DNA from: Malacoraja senta
Taxonomy: Eukaryota
Assembly (NCBI GenBank): GCA_038087875.1
Contig: CM075988.1
Span: 21,888,001 to 21,952,000, forward strand
DNA: 64,000 bases
Direction: 5' to 3'
Part shown: piece by piece, positions 48,901 through 61,679 of the stretch
How the letters are laid out: each line of letters opens with the position of its first letter
Position numbering within the stretch: the first letter of the stretch is position 1
Position numbers and translations under genes: made by a program
The notes under the pieces: model-generated
What the model saw: the letters and a program-made list of their open reading frames with translations, nothing else
What the model was told of the DNA's origin: nothing
Database searches by the model: none

Positions 48901-51422
48901 AACTTCATCTGCCCATTTCCCTCCACAGATTTTCTTTTAGTATAGTTTAGGCTAACGGAATCAAGGGATATGGGGAGAAGGCAGGAACGGGGTACTGATT
49001 GGGGATGATCAGCCATGATCACATTGAATGGCAGCGCTGGCTCGAAGGGCCGAATGGCCTACTCCTGCGCCTATTGTCTATGTATCTATGTACCTCTGAG
49101 AAAACCCACGTGGGTCACGTGAAGAACGCACAAACTCCATACAGACAGTACCCATAGTCGGGATCGAACCCGGGTCTCTGGCGCTGCAAGCGCTGTTGGG
49201 CAGCAACTCTACCGCTGCGCCACCGTGCCACCCAAAGCATTTGCAAAGCATTTGTAGCAAGATGAGAGAATTAATGGCAAAGAAAATAAATGACGATAGT
49301 GATTCTTCTTATCGAGTCCACACACAAGATTTGAAGTTGTTCAACCAGAGCTGAACACACTTCTCGGCATCTGCATACAATGGTGTCTGTCTTGTCGCTT
49401 CTTGTGCGTGGTGGGGGAAAGATTGGTGGAAACAGGGCCACGACGTGAACGCTCTTTCCTTGACTGCCACTACATTATTACATCTTATTTGTCTTCCATG
49501 ACTCAGATTTACCCAGAGAAGTCTCCCCATGCTCACCTCTGTTTTTGGCAAAGTTTTCCTTTGATTATTTTTCTTTTCAAGGTTCCTTTAAACTTTTATG
49601 AATATTGGGGAACTACCTTTAAACATATGACAGGAGACAAGAAATGGCTGATGTTTAAAGAATTCATATATCAGTTTAGAGCAAATATAGATCCAGATAG
49701 GGTGCAAAAATGGTCCAGCCATTGTCAACGAGAGTTCATTGCTGGATGTTGAGGTAAATAGGGGACACGGGGTTAGTGCAGGGAAGGGAAATGCACAAAG
49801 TGCTGGAGTAAGTAAACGGGGCTGGCAGCATCCATGGAGGGAATGGCCAGCCAATATTTCATAGATCATCCAAAATTAGTTTCCCCCGTTCCTGCTCTCT
49901 CCCCTTATCCCTCGATTCTGTTAGCCCTAAGAGCTAAATCTAACTCTCTCTTAAATACATCAAAAGGTCAGGTCGGGATCCTTCTTTAAGTCTGATTGGA
50001 GGTGGGAGAAGGCTTGGAAAAGAGAGGTGAGGGTGGGACAAAGCCTGCCAAACGATAGGGGAATGCAGGTGTGTGTGTGTGGGGGGGGGGGGGAGTGGGG
50101 GTCGATTAGCAGGTGGGTGGAATTCATGACCAAGGCTGGAGGTGAAAACTGAGACAAAAGAGTGATCAAGTGTTGGCTGTGTTGTGGATTACATGGGCAA
50201 TAAAGACCTCCATCACTATAGTAACCTTTGTGAACCGAAGATAATGCCAAAGCACTCTATACTCAGAAACATGGGTGTAAATAGACATGGCTTGTAAAGT
50301 CTAAGTGTGCATGTGAAAAAACAGGTTAATCAGTAGAAAGAATTAAATTCAATGAGAGGTTTCACACTGAAGGGTTTGCCACACTGCTTGGGTGGCATTT
50401 GGATTCGAGAGAACCAACCCATCACCAACTAGAGAGCGGTCCCGACCCATCATTTACCTCTTTGGAGACCCTCAAATTATCTTTCGCTGGACTTTATCTT
50501 GCACTAAGTGTCATTCCCTTGACCCTGCATCTGTACACTGTGGACAGCTTGATTGTAATCGTGTACAGTCTTTCCGCTGACTGGATAGCACGCAATTAAA
50601 ACGTTTTTCACTGTGCCTCGGTACAGGTGACAATAATAAACAAAACTAAAATCTGAAGAAGGGTCTCGACCCGAAACGTCATCCAATCCTTCTCGCCAGA
50701 GATGCTGCCTGACCCGCTGAGTTACTCCAGCATTGTCCTAGCGCCGGGGAGTTCTTGCAGAGACGGGGTGTCCGTGACCTGCAGTGAAGTCACGATAGCG
50801 AGTTCCTCTCTCCCCATCTCTCTTCCCATCGCCTCTCCCTCTATCCCCCCCCCTCCTCCCCCACTCGCTCCTCACCTCCCCCATTTCCCCCTCTCTCTCC
50901 CTCCCTACCCCCTCCTCTCCTTCAATCCCCCCACTTCTCCAGAGATGTTGCCTGACCCGCTGAGTTACTGCAGCATTTTGTGGGTATCCCACCCCGTTGA
51001 TGGCTGGTGCTCGGCTTCCGACAGCCACTGGATAAGGCGAGAGGTGTCGGGGAACGGGTTCCTCGGGAGTTGGAGCAGAGTTGAGCTGGAGTTAGCGCTG
51101 GCTGAAAGCCTGGGGCACAGCCGGACAGGATGGGACACTCGGGAGGGGATGGTAGTGAGATCACCCGTTCGCACTTGTTCTACATTATCTAACTCCAGTA
51201 GCAATTCAACGGCGCTTGCAGCGCCGGAGACCCGGGTTCGATCCTAGCTACGGATGAAACGCAGGTCCGTATTACACGGGCACGAGAATGTTTATCGCGA
51301 ATGACCTATGACCTGGGCATGCGCAGTCGGAATACCGAACTCGCTTATTGACATTCATGTGCTTCTACTCCATAGCCTTGCACCCATGTGGGAAATATTA
51401 ACTTTTCTTTTCACTTTCCCAG

Positions 51423-51603
51423 TCACGGTTTCTGGATTTGGCGAGAACGCAACGATTGTACTGTCCACTTACTTCAACGGTACGGCCGTGGGGATGTGGA
51501 TAAACAATGCAACAGATTGTAATGGATTCAAGGGGATAAGGAGCACATATGCAATGGAACAATGGGTTTCACCTTTCATCATCAGCGATTATGTTATGAT
51601 CAG
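51423..51603 (+). CDS. plet1: PLET1-like coding exon 2
   Basis: Acceptor ttttcttttcactttcccAG and donor AG|GTATTG. 181 nt, phase 1 to phase 2. Reads (V)TVSGFGENATIVLSTYFNGTAVGMWINNATDCNGFKGIRSTYAMEQWVSPFIISDYVMI(R), with VGxW, C and WxSP motifs reminiscent of PLET1/reeler-like domains. Confidence 0.8.
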
Positions 51604-54051
51604 GTATTGTCTAATCTTCCCATGTAACGCACTGCCAGGGGCGGTGGTAGAGTCAAATATAATAGAGGCATTTAGTTTAGCTTAATTTTAGAGATACCGC
51701 ACACACTAACGCTACCCTAGGCACACTAGGGACAATATACACTTATACCAAGCCAATTAACCTACAGACCTGTACGTCTTTGGAATGTGGGAGGAAACCG
51801 GCGCTCGGAGAAAACCCACATGGTCACGGGGAGTGTGGACAAACTCTGTACAGACAGCACCCATAGTCGGGATCGAACCCAGGTCTTTGGCGCTGTATGG
51901 CAGCAACTCTACCGTTGCGCCACCGTGCTGCCCCATTTAAGAGGCTTTTGAATAGGCACATGGATACGCAGGGACGTTCAGTTTAGTTTATTGTCACGTG
52001 TACCAAGGTACAGTGAAAAGATTTGTCCTGTCAGCGGAAAGACAATACATGATTACAATCGAGCCATTTGCTGTGTATAAGATAAGGGAATAATGTTTAG
52101 TGCAAGGTAACGCCAGTAAAGTCTGATCAAAGATAGTCCGAGGGTCCCAATGAGGTAGATGGTATTTCAGGACTGCTCTCTAGTTGTGGCAGAATAATTC
52201 AGTTGCCTGATAACAGCTGGGAAGAAACTGTCCCTGTATCTGGAAGTGTGCATTTTCACACCTCTATACCTTTTGCCCGATGGGAGAGGGGAGAAGAGGG
52301 AGTGGCCAGGGTGCGACTTGTCATTGATTATGCTGCTGACCTTGCCGAGGCAGAGTGAGGTATAAATGGAGTCAATGGAAGGGATATGGATCACATGCAG
52401 GCAGTGGAGATAAGCTTCACTTGGCATCATGTTCAGTATGGACATTGAGGGCCGAAGGGCCTGTTCATGTGCTGTACTGTTCTATGCATTGCGTTCTATA
52501 TTCATATAAGTAGTTTCCCCTTGACATGCATTGAATCATTGAATGTCCCTGATCAGTAACTAGCCTTTGCTAGTAACTAGCCATGTACTCATAAATATGA
52601 AATATGTTGAGCAAGTTGGGATATTCAGCCCACAGCAACTGTAAGGTTTGTACAACCTTTTCTGCAATCTACCTCCAATGATAAGCATGAAGCCTCATCA
52701 ATGTATCTGCAAAAGTGTAGAAGAAGTTAGACATTGAATACGAGAACAAACTACCAGACAGAATGGAGTCATAGCGTCAAGAGTCATACAGCGCGGAATC
52801 AGACTCTTCGGCCCAACCTGCCGCGCCGACCAACATGTCCCATCTACACTAGTCCCACCTGCCTGCGTTTGGCCCTTATCCCTCTAAACCTGCCATACCC
52901 ATGTAGTTGTCCAAACGCTTCTTAAATGTTGCGACAGTCCCGGCCTCAACTATGTTATTAACTTAATCTGAACATTGACAATAAATTCTATTAATAATAA
53001 TTATTCCTATGAAGCATTGGTTAAATTAATTAACAGCTCTGGAAACAAATGGAAAATTAAAATAGGAGAAAAAGTGAAAAACTTGCCTTTAGTTTCTATA
53101 AATCCTTCCCTCCTCACCTTAAACCTATGTCCTCTGGTTCTTCATTTCCCTACCCATGGAATAAGACTCTGTATTCACTCTATCTATTCCCTTAATTAAA
53201 TCGGTGCAGAACCTGTGTTCCTGGGAATAATGGTCCATATCCTTCTAAAGCTTTGTTATCCATGTACCTGTCTAAATGTCTTCAAATGTTGTTATAGACC
53301 TGCCTTAACGACTTCGTCTGACAGCTCGTTCCATATACCCACCACCCTCTGTGAAAAAGTTGCCCCTCAGGTTCCTAATCTTTTCCCTCTCAGTTTAAAC
53401 CTATGTCCTCTGGATCTTGATACCCCTACTCTGGCACTTACTCAATCCACTTCCCCCATGATCTTATACACCCTGATAATGTAGCCCCTCAGCCTCCTGC
53501 GCTGGAAAGGAATAAAGTCCAGCCTGCCCAAACTCTCCCATGGGCAGAGGCCCTCAAGTCCTGGCAACATCCTCACAAATCTTCTCTTGCACTCTCTCCA
53601 ACTTCATAAGTTCATAAGTGATAGGAGCAGAATTAGGCCATTTGGCCCATCAAGTCTAATCCACCATTGAATCATGGCTGATCTATTTTCCCCTCTCAAC
53701 CCCATATTCCTGCCTTCTCCCCATAACCCCTGACACCCGTACTAATCAAGAATCTATCAATCTCTGCCATAAAAATATCCATTGACTTGGCCTCTACAGA
53801 CATCAGTGGCAATGAATTCCACAGATTCACCACCCTCTGACTGAAGAAATTCCTCCTCATCTCCTTTCTAAAAGCATGTCCTATTATTCTGAGGCCATTT
53901 CCTCCAGTCCTAGACTCTCGCACTAGTGGAAACATCCTCTTCACATCTATACTATCCAGCTTAAGGGCATCTTTTCTGTAGCAGTGACACCTAAACTGAT
54001 GCAACTGTGAGAAAGGACTTTTAACATGAATGTGTTTCTATCTTTGTCCAG

Positions 54052-54107
54052 GGCTTTCGTTTACATGATGAATGGAACTTATACCAAGAAAATAGCCCTC
54101 ATGCAAA
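54052..54107 (+). CDS. plet1: PLET1-like coding exon 3
   Basis: Acceptor tttctatctttgtccAG and donor A|GTAGG. 56 nt, phase 2 to phase 1. Reads (R)AFVYMMNGTYTKKIALMQ(I) and bridges exons 2 and 4 in frame. Confidence 0.72.
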
Positions 54108-57100
54108 GTAGGATTTATTTTCATTTTCATTCAAGTAATTGAGCGTTATAGTGTGATAAAGAATGTTTTATTGTTATTTTAACCGCACTTGCTTATGTTT
54201 TTTTAAGGGATTATAAAATTATAGAAATCACCAGCTTTCTCCCTCTCTCCTGCCCTGGCAGAAAAACTCAGGCAGTAACTGCGTTTCCTTTCCTGTCCCA
54301 CGTCACACAGTTCAGAGGAACAATGTTTTCTCTTTCAACCTGATGAAGGGCCCTGACACCAACATTCACCTGTCCATTTCCTCCGCAGATGCTGCCTGAC
54401 CCACTGAGTTCCTCTGCCATGTTGTGTTTTGCTGAAGGTTCCTTTATATGGAGCACGTGATGATTGATTTATTGATTGATCGAAAGATACAGCATGGAAA
54501 CAGGCCCTTCGGCCCAACGAGTCCATGCGACCATCGATCACCCGTTCACACTAGCTCTGATGTTATCCCACTTCCGCGTCCGCTCCCTGCACACTAAGGG
54601 CAATTTAAAGGGGCCAATCAACCTACAAAACCTGACGTCTTTGGGATGTGAGGAGGAGATTGGAGCACCCAAAGGAAACCCATGTGGTCACAAGGAGAAC
54701 GTGCAAACTCCAAACACGTTGAGGGATACAGCGCGGAAACAGGCCCCACCAAGTCCGCGCCGACCAGCGATCACCCCGTACACTCGCACTATCCTACACA
54801 CTAGGGGCAATTTACACATTTTTTAACCAAATCCAATTAACCAACAAACCTGTATAATGTCTCTGGAGTGTGGGAGGAAACCGGAGCCCCCAAGGAAAAC
54901 CCATGTGGTCACAGGGAGAGCGTACAAACGCCGTACAGACAGCACCCATAGTCAGGATCGAACCCGGGTCTCCGGCGCTGTGAGGCAGCAAGTCTACCAG
55001 CTGCGCCACAGTGCCGCCCGCGATAGAAATCGAGATACCGAAAGCATGTCAGTGCTATTGCTGACAATAATAATTGGAACCGGGTCTATTATTCCCCAAC
55101 AAAGGCATTGAGGATCAATGTAACAAAGTGAGATCATCGTTTCACCTGGAAGGGATGATGGTTCATGGATTTCTGGTTCAACAAGCAGCACAAATGTTCG
55201 TTCACAAACTGAATTAAAACCTAACGAAAAGAAAATGAACAGGTTATACACACTTTCGTCGATGGGGAATTGAGAGACACTAATGTTGGACTCAGTATTG
55301 TGTTTATATTGTTTGTGCTCCGTAAAAACAAAAAGTTATGTTTCAAACGTATTCAAAGTAAAATGATTATGTAACAATGTGATGTCTTTCCACACAGTGA
55401 TGCCTCCGACCACCATTCCAGCTAACACAACAGGTAAGGTCACAGATAATGCAAGCAGCTTCAAGCCATGGCATGGATTTTCTTGTGTAAGAAGGAACTG
55501 CAGATGCTGGTTTACACCGAAGATAGATACAACTTAGCGGGGCAGGACAGAAGGAATGGGAGATGTTTCGGATCATGACACCTTCGTCAGTAGATTCTGC
55601 TCCTTGTTGCTCTCCAAGAATCGCTGTTATAAACAGTACAAAACGTTTTTGTTACCAAACTAGCAAACTACCACTTCCAAAAGGTTCACTTCTAAGCATA
55701 AGATATTCGTAAGTAAAATGCAAAATGCTGGAGTAACTCAGTGGGCCAGGCAGCATCTCTGGAAGGTATGGAAAGGTGACGTTTCAGGTCGGGACCCTTC
55801 ATCAGAATGATGGTAGTTGTGGAGGGGTACGGGGGGGGGAGAAAGCTGGAAGAGAGGTGGAGGTGGGACAAAGGCAAGCAAGTGATAGGTGGACACAAGT
55901 GGACAAAGACCAGAGATGAAATGGAGACACAGGTTGTGAGATTAGTAAGTAAGTAAGTTTTATTCATATAGCACGTTTAAATCAACTCGCGTTGAAACCA
56001 AAGTGCTTTACATAAAATAATTAAGTTTCCGTACATTCATAGAAAATTTTTTTTTTAAAGAAAAATGACACAACACATTATAGAATTCAACACAAACATC
56101 CCCCACAACGGAATCAAAATTAGGAGAGAAGAGGAGTGAAATGTGAGGCCGGAGAAAGGGATGTAGGTGGAAGGGAATGGAGGGGAAGGGGAAAGTGGGG
56201 TGGGATGGTGGGAGAGATGAGTGCACGCCTATCCATTCCCTCCACCCATATGGCTTGACCCGCTGAATTGCTCCAGCACTATGTGGCTATCTTCGGTGTA
56301 AACAGTTCCTTCCTACACATTGTAGTGTAGTACAAGTTCCCAAATATTCCTAAATATTCATTCAGTGATTATGGTCAATTTGATGAGGTTTTGTTATCCG
56401 ATTTTATACTTCATTTATTATAACTTCTTTAGCATTTCTGTACCATGGAGCCTGAATGATCACAAACTGGATATTCAGGCTCTTCAGCATGGAAGACAGC
56501 ACCCACCCCAGGCGACTGTCTGCCTGCTGGCCACAGAAGCACATCTACAATCACATATTACCATCACTCTTCTCTAGACTGTAAATGGCTCGATTGTGAT
56601 CATGTATGGTTTTTCCACTGACTGGAAGCAACGAAAGCTTTGCGCTGTTCCTCGGTACACGCGACAATAAACTAAACCGAACTATGCTGCCTGTCCCACT
56701 GAGTTTCTCCAGCACTTTGTTTCTTCAGAATCCTATTCCATTCCGAACTTAAAGCAGGCGCATATTCGACCAATAGTGTAATAAAATAAATTCCACTAAA
56801 TAGATTCACAAATGCCAGTGAATTCCTGCAATACATTATTACTGGAGTTTCTCAACTAATGAGTGGAATTTAGTAATAGCCAAGCCCTAATCAAATCAAG
56901 TTTCTAGTATAGAAGGGTCTCGACCCGAAACGTCACCCATTCCTTCTCTCCAGAGATGCTGCCTATCCTGCTGAGTTACTCCAGCATTTTGAGTCTACCT
57001 TCGATTTAAACCAGCATCTGCAGTTCTTTCCTACACAAATTTCCAATATTATGGCTCACGTGCTCCACAGCCCTCTGTGGCAATGAGTTCCACTGATTAA

Positions 57101-57564
57101 CTACCCTCTGACTAAAGAAGTTCCTCCACACCTCCTTATTAAAAGAGCGCACTTTAATTCTGAGTTTATGGCCTCTGGTCCTAGACTCTCCCACCAGTGG
57201 AAACATCCTTTCCACATCCACTCTATCTATGTCTTTCATTATTCTGTAAGTTTCAATGAGGTGCCCCCCCCCCCCCCCCCCGCAACCTTGTGGCATTGTG
57301 ACATCATCTTTGGAATCTGCTGGAAAAAGGCTGTCTGTGAGAAGCGGTGTTTGGCTTTTGAAAAAAACTTTAATCGTGAATAACTTGTGAAATATAGGTC
57401 AAAATGTTAAGTGAACGTGAGTATGGTGTGGACGGAAAAATGTGATTCAGAATATGTAAACATTTAAGTGCTACGGCGTAGCGTTTTGACGAAAATACAA
57501 AATAACACATACACGGACACAAACATACATACTGTATATACATACAAGATGAGACTTTAATAGG

Positions 57565-57601
<37 letters not shown>

Positions 57602-58664
57602 GCTCATTGTTACACTCCAAGAATTGCTGTTACAAACAGTAAGAAATGCTTGTCTTCAGTCTGAAGAAGGGTCTCGACCTAGCACGTCACCCATTCCTTC
57701 TCTCTAGAGATGCCGCCTGTCCCGCTGAGTTACTCCAGCTTTTTGTGTCCCTCTTCGGTGTAAACCAGCATCTGCAGTTCCTTCCTACACAGCTTACTAC
57801 CATCACCCCAGCTCCAAAAGCTCAGAGACTAACCATAAGACTAACTGCTGAACACTCCGTTCAGTCCGCCTAGGCCTACGCAATCTCTCGGTTGCCAAAC
57901 ACTATAGCCCACCACCCCCCCCTCCCATTCCCATACTGACTTTTCTGTCCCGGGCCTCCTCCACTGTCAGAGTGAGGCCCAGTGCAAATTGGAGGAACAG
58001 CATCTCATATTTCGCTTTGGTATGAATCTTGATTTCTCCAACTTCAAATAACCCTTGCCTTCTGCCTCTCTGTGCTTCCTTGTGTCTCCATGCATAGTTT
58101 CTTACTATGACATTGAAGGAGATCTTTCAGCCCATCAGGCCCATTCCAACTCCCAGCAGAACCATCCCATCCTTGCAGAATTCAAATCTGGCTGATAAAT
58201 CATTGGATGTAATCGCTTTATCAAATGGGGAACTTTAGTCTTTAGACATACAGTGCGGAAACAGGCCCCCTGAGTCCTCACTGACCAGCGCTCACCCACT
58301 ACACTAAGACTAGCCTGCACACTAGGGACAATTTTACAATTTTTTTACCAAAGCCAATTAACCTACAAACATGTACGTCTTTGGAGTGTGAGAGGAAACT
58401 GGAGCACCTAGAGAAGACCAGCACGGTCACAGGGAGGACGTGCAAACTCCGCACAGACAGCACCCAGAGTCAGGATCGAACCCGGGTCTCTGGGGCTGTG
58501 AGGCAGCAACTCTACCACTGCGCCACTGTGCCGCCTGCGACCCAAAGGACTCCGTTTGAATTTACCATCACGCTTGCATAAATTGCGGTCAATAGGACAA
58601 TGTTATATTTGAAATTTGAAACTAAAAAAACTCATCATGTAATGAATCGTTTTGTCTTTCACAG

Positions 58665-58813
58665 TTTATGCCAACATGAACACCACCATGTACATGAATA
58701 CGACAACCGGCACCATGAGAACAACTCAAAACTCTGCACCTGGCATTAGCTCCAAGCCACTGCAAGCCTTTGTCTGTATGCTCCTGCTCCTCGTCACTGT
58801 GCCAGGGTTATAA
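58665..58813 (+). CDS. plet1: PLET1-like terminal coding exon (Thr-rich stalk and GPI-anchor signal)
   Basis: Acceptor ttttgtctttcacAG. Reads (I)YANMNTTMYMNTTTGTMRTTQNSAPGISSKPLQAFVCMLLLLVTVPGL*: small-residue omega-like N-S-A, a spacer, then a hydrophobic C-terminus with no cytoplasmic tail. Confidence 0.8.
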
Positions 58814-60430
58814 ACGGAATAAAAAGCTGCCTCTCAACCAACCTATTCCAAAAACACTTTTCCAACAACCTCTGAGCTTTCCTCTCACAGTACAGCATCA
58901 AACATTCTGTAGGAATGAGTCTTATCAGAACTTGTATTTCCTCAATGATAGAAACTTCACGTTATCGTCCCACTCCCGCTGTCTCGGGTCCCAAACTGAA
59001 CTCAGCACAAATAAATTCAGGAGACAGCATTCCTATCCTTGTTGGTCTTTGCAACTCTATTCCCATTCAGAAACCCATTTAGAATACCAGATATATGTCA
59101 ACAATGCAGCCACCTCCGGTCTTTCCTTAATATTCACTCATTCAGTTAGTTTGATCGAATTTGCGTGTTCATGCAATTCGATTACCTCATCCATTATACT
59201 TTCTCTGTCGTTTCTATAGCAGGAGCCCTATGTTATCATAAACTGAATATTCAACCTCTTCAACATGGAGGCAAAATCAGATAGCCTTCTGCATTGCTGA
59301 TTATCTGTGGAAAATGTCGATCTTTTCCAGTTGCTGTACACGAGGTTGCATGACCAACAAACCATCCGCGGTAATCATAAATCCAAAAGAATCCTCATCA
59401 TCCTTATCCCTCCACTTTTAAAATAAAAAATCTCTATGGCTCATGTTACTTTAAAATATCTATTCCATTCTGAGAGGTAGAGCAAGTATCTACGGGAATA
59501 ATAGGTCAATAACCTAAACTTCACTAAATAAACTGCACTTAGGTGGGAATTAATAACAGCTAACTCTGAACTTTATTGTTTTTCTCATATAATTAAGTTG
59601 CAAAAACAAAATCAAAAGTAAATGTCACCTTTTGTTTCTTGGCAATAACATTTATATTGAATCGTTGATGTATTTTCTAAGGGAAACCTATCAACCAAAT
59701 GATCAATTGTCTTTTAGTTTATGAGAAAGTGTTGCTTCCCTTGATTTGGGGTGCAGCACAGTATCAATCTGACTTAAATCAGCAGATGATGTACTGTTAA
59801 TATTAATCTGTGTTCTAGTTAGCTTTATGCGTGATTTATCATCGTGTTGTAAACATAGAAGTGATATTATCATATGAATTCCTCAGTTTGCTAATTCATA
59901 ATGACAATATTAACACAGCTGAAGGAAAAAAATCAAGGATTTGATTCAGACTTTTGGAATAATCATTCGCTGAACCACTCTGTAATCATGTTAGTTGGTT
60001 TGCATCCAATCTAACCTCAGTGAAGTTATTCAGCGTAAAAATACCCTTCGCTTTGCCCCCTGTCTCGAAAGTGCACTGGTTCATACTCACAAACAGCATG
60101 GTTCATCCAAAATGGCAACTTTTATTGAATGCTATGGTTTCTTTGTTTTTCTTTTGTGTCATAATGAACTTTGTTGATGTTTGTTAATGCAGGACATTGC
60201 ACAATTCTAGACAATCTTAGCATGATACCAAAGGCAAAAATCTTTTGAGACAAAGACCATGTAATGAAGATTTGCAGAAACAGGTTTGCAGCCTGTAGAA
60301 TAAATAGGTTATATTGTCCTTTAAGATAAAGCCATGGTGGATATCTACTATAATGCATATATTACACAGTTTACCGATGCAATTAAGTGATTTATAAATA
60401 ATTGGTGAATTCACCTTAATAATAAAAAAT
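58814..60430 (+). other. Probable 3' UTR of the PLET1-like gene
   Basis: About 1.6 kb of AT-rich sequence with no recognisable TE, directly after the stop codon. AATAAA hexamers near 58818, 59422, 59528 and 60421. The true end is unknown. Confidence 0.5.
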
Positions 60431-61679
60431 TGAACTTTTGAAAGTCTACAACTTTGTCAATGATATAGCTTATTGCCGGCACTTGGCCTCTTAAGTGAGT
60501 CTGAATCGGGAATATTTTCCATTTTCAATACACAGTTTTAGCTTTGTTTGAAGAACGGTCCTGATCTGAAACATTACCTACTCATGTCCTCCAGAGATGC
60601 TGCCAGACCCCTTGAGTTACTCCAGCACTTTGTGTCTGCCTTTGTTTAGTTTAGTTTAGAGATACAGCATGGAAGCAGGTCCTTTGGCCCATCGAGTCAC
60701 CCATTCACACTAGTTTTGTATTATCCCACTTTCTCAACCACTCCCTGCACTCTAAGGGCAATTTTATAAAGGCCAATTATCCAACAAACCACCCGTTTTT
60801 AGGATGTGGGAGTAAACCAGAGCACCCGGAGGAAGCTCACCCTGTCACAGGGAGAATGTGCAAACTCCGCATAGACAGCACCCAAGGTGAGAATCGAACT
60901 TAGTTCTCTGATGCCGTGAGGCAACGGTTCTACCAGCTGCACCACTGTGCTGTCCTGTGCATTTGTTGAAGAGCAACTTTTCAAATTGCAGACAAATAAT
61001 CGGTGAAGCGACTGAAAATGAAGAGATAGAAATTTGGAAGTAGGAGAGGCAAAGAATTCCTGTTGTTAAATATCTACCTCTTGTGAAAGAAACTGAAGAA
61101 GGGTCTCGACCCGAAACATCACCCATTCCTTCTCTCCAGAGATGCTGCCTGTCCCGCTGAGTTACTCCAGCATTTTGTGTCTACCTTCGATTTAAACCAG
61201 CATCTGCAGCTCTTTCCTGCACGTGTAAAGGGAATAAACGCTTGTTGCAAGGTAAAGCCAGCAAAGTCCGATCAAAGACATACCGAGGGGTCCCCGATGA
61301 GGTAGATAATAGTTCATCATTGCTCTCTGATTGTGGTAGGATGATTCAGTTGCCTGATAAAACGATCACGAAACTGTACAAGGTCCCCGTTTCCCAAATT
61401 ACTTCTGGTCGAAGCAACATGGGATCACCTCCAGAGAGATGCTAAGCCACAAACTGTCTACCCTTTTGGGGAGATGCAAATTACAGGAACGAGTAGGAGA
61501 ATTCTCCCAAGAATAGTACTATCACAACATTTAGAAGACATTTGGACAGGTACATGGATAGGAAAGATTTAGAGGGATTGGACCCAGGTGTGGACCCATT
61601 GGGCCCCATTCTCCCAAGGCAATATTCCACCACTCACCCATAGCCCCAAACTGCGCAGGCGTGGCTGAGGGGTCCCCGT

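Larger units (their letters stand above)
34314..50890. repeat. Tandem segmental duplication: unit A about 34314-43580, unit B about 43581-50890
   Basis: Collinear near-identical blocks: 34314-36272 vs 43581-45217; 39564-40700 vs 45214-46260; 41855-41935 vs 48030-48112; 42380-42845 vs 48605-49075; 42846-43580 vs 50128-50890. Confidence 0.9.

Noticed and set aside
49260..49760. Non-repeat-looking segment with 80-116 aa ORFs inside intron 1
   Set aside because: No convincing phase-compatible splice sites and no recognisable domain. Probably an old TE remnant; left unassigned.
58770..59219. 149-aa ORF overlapping the last exon
   Set aside because: It has a non-ATG start, is out of frame with the GPI-signal exon and runs into the 3' UTR with no recognisable protein features.
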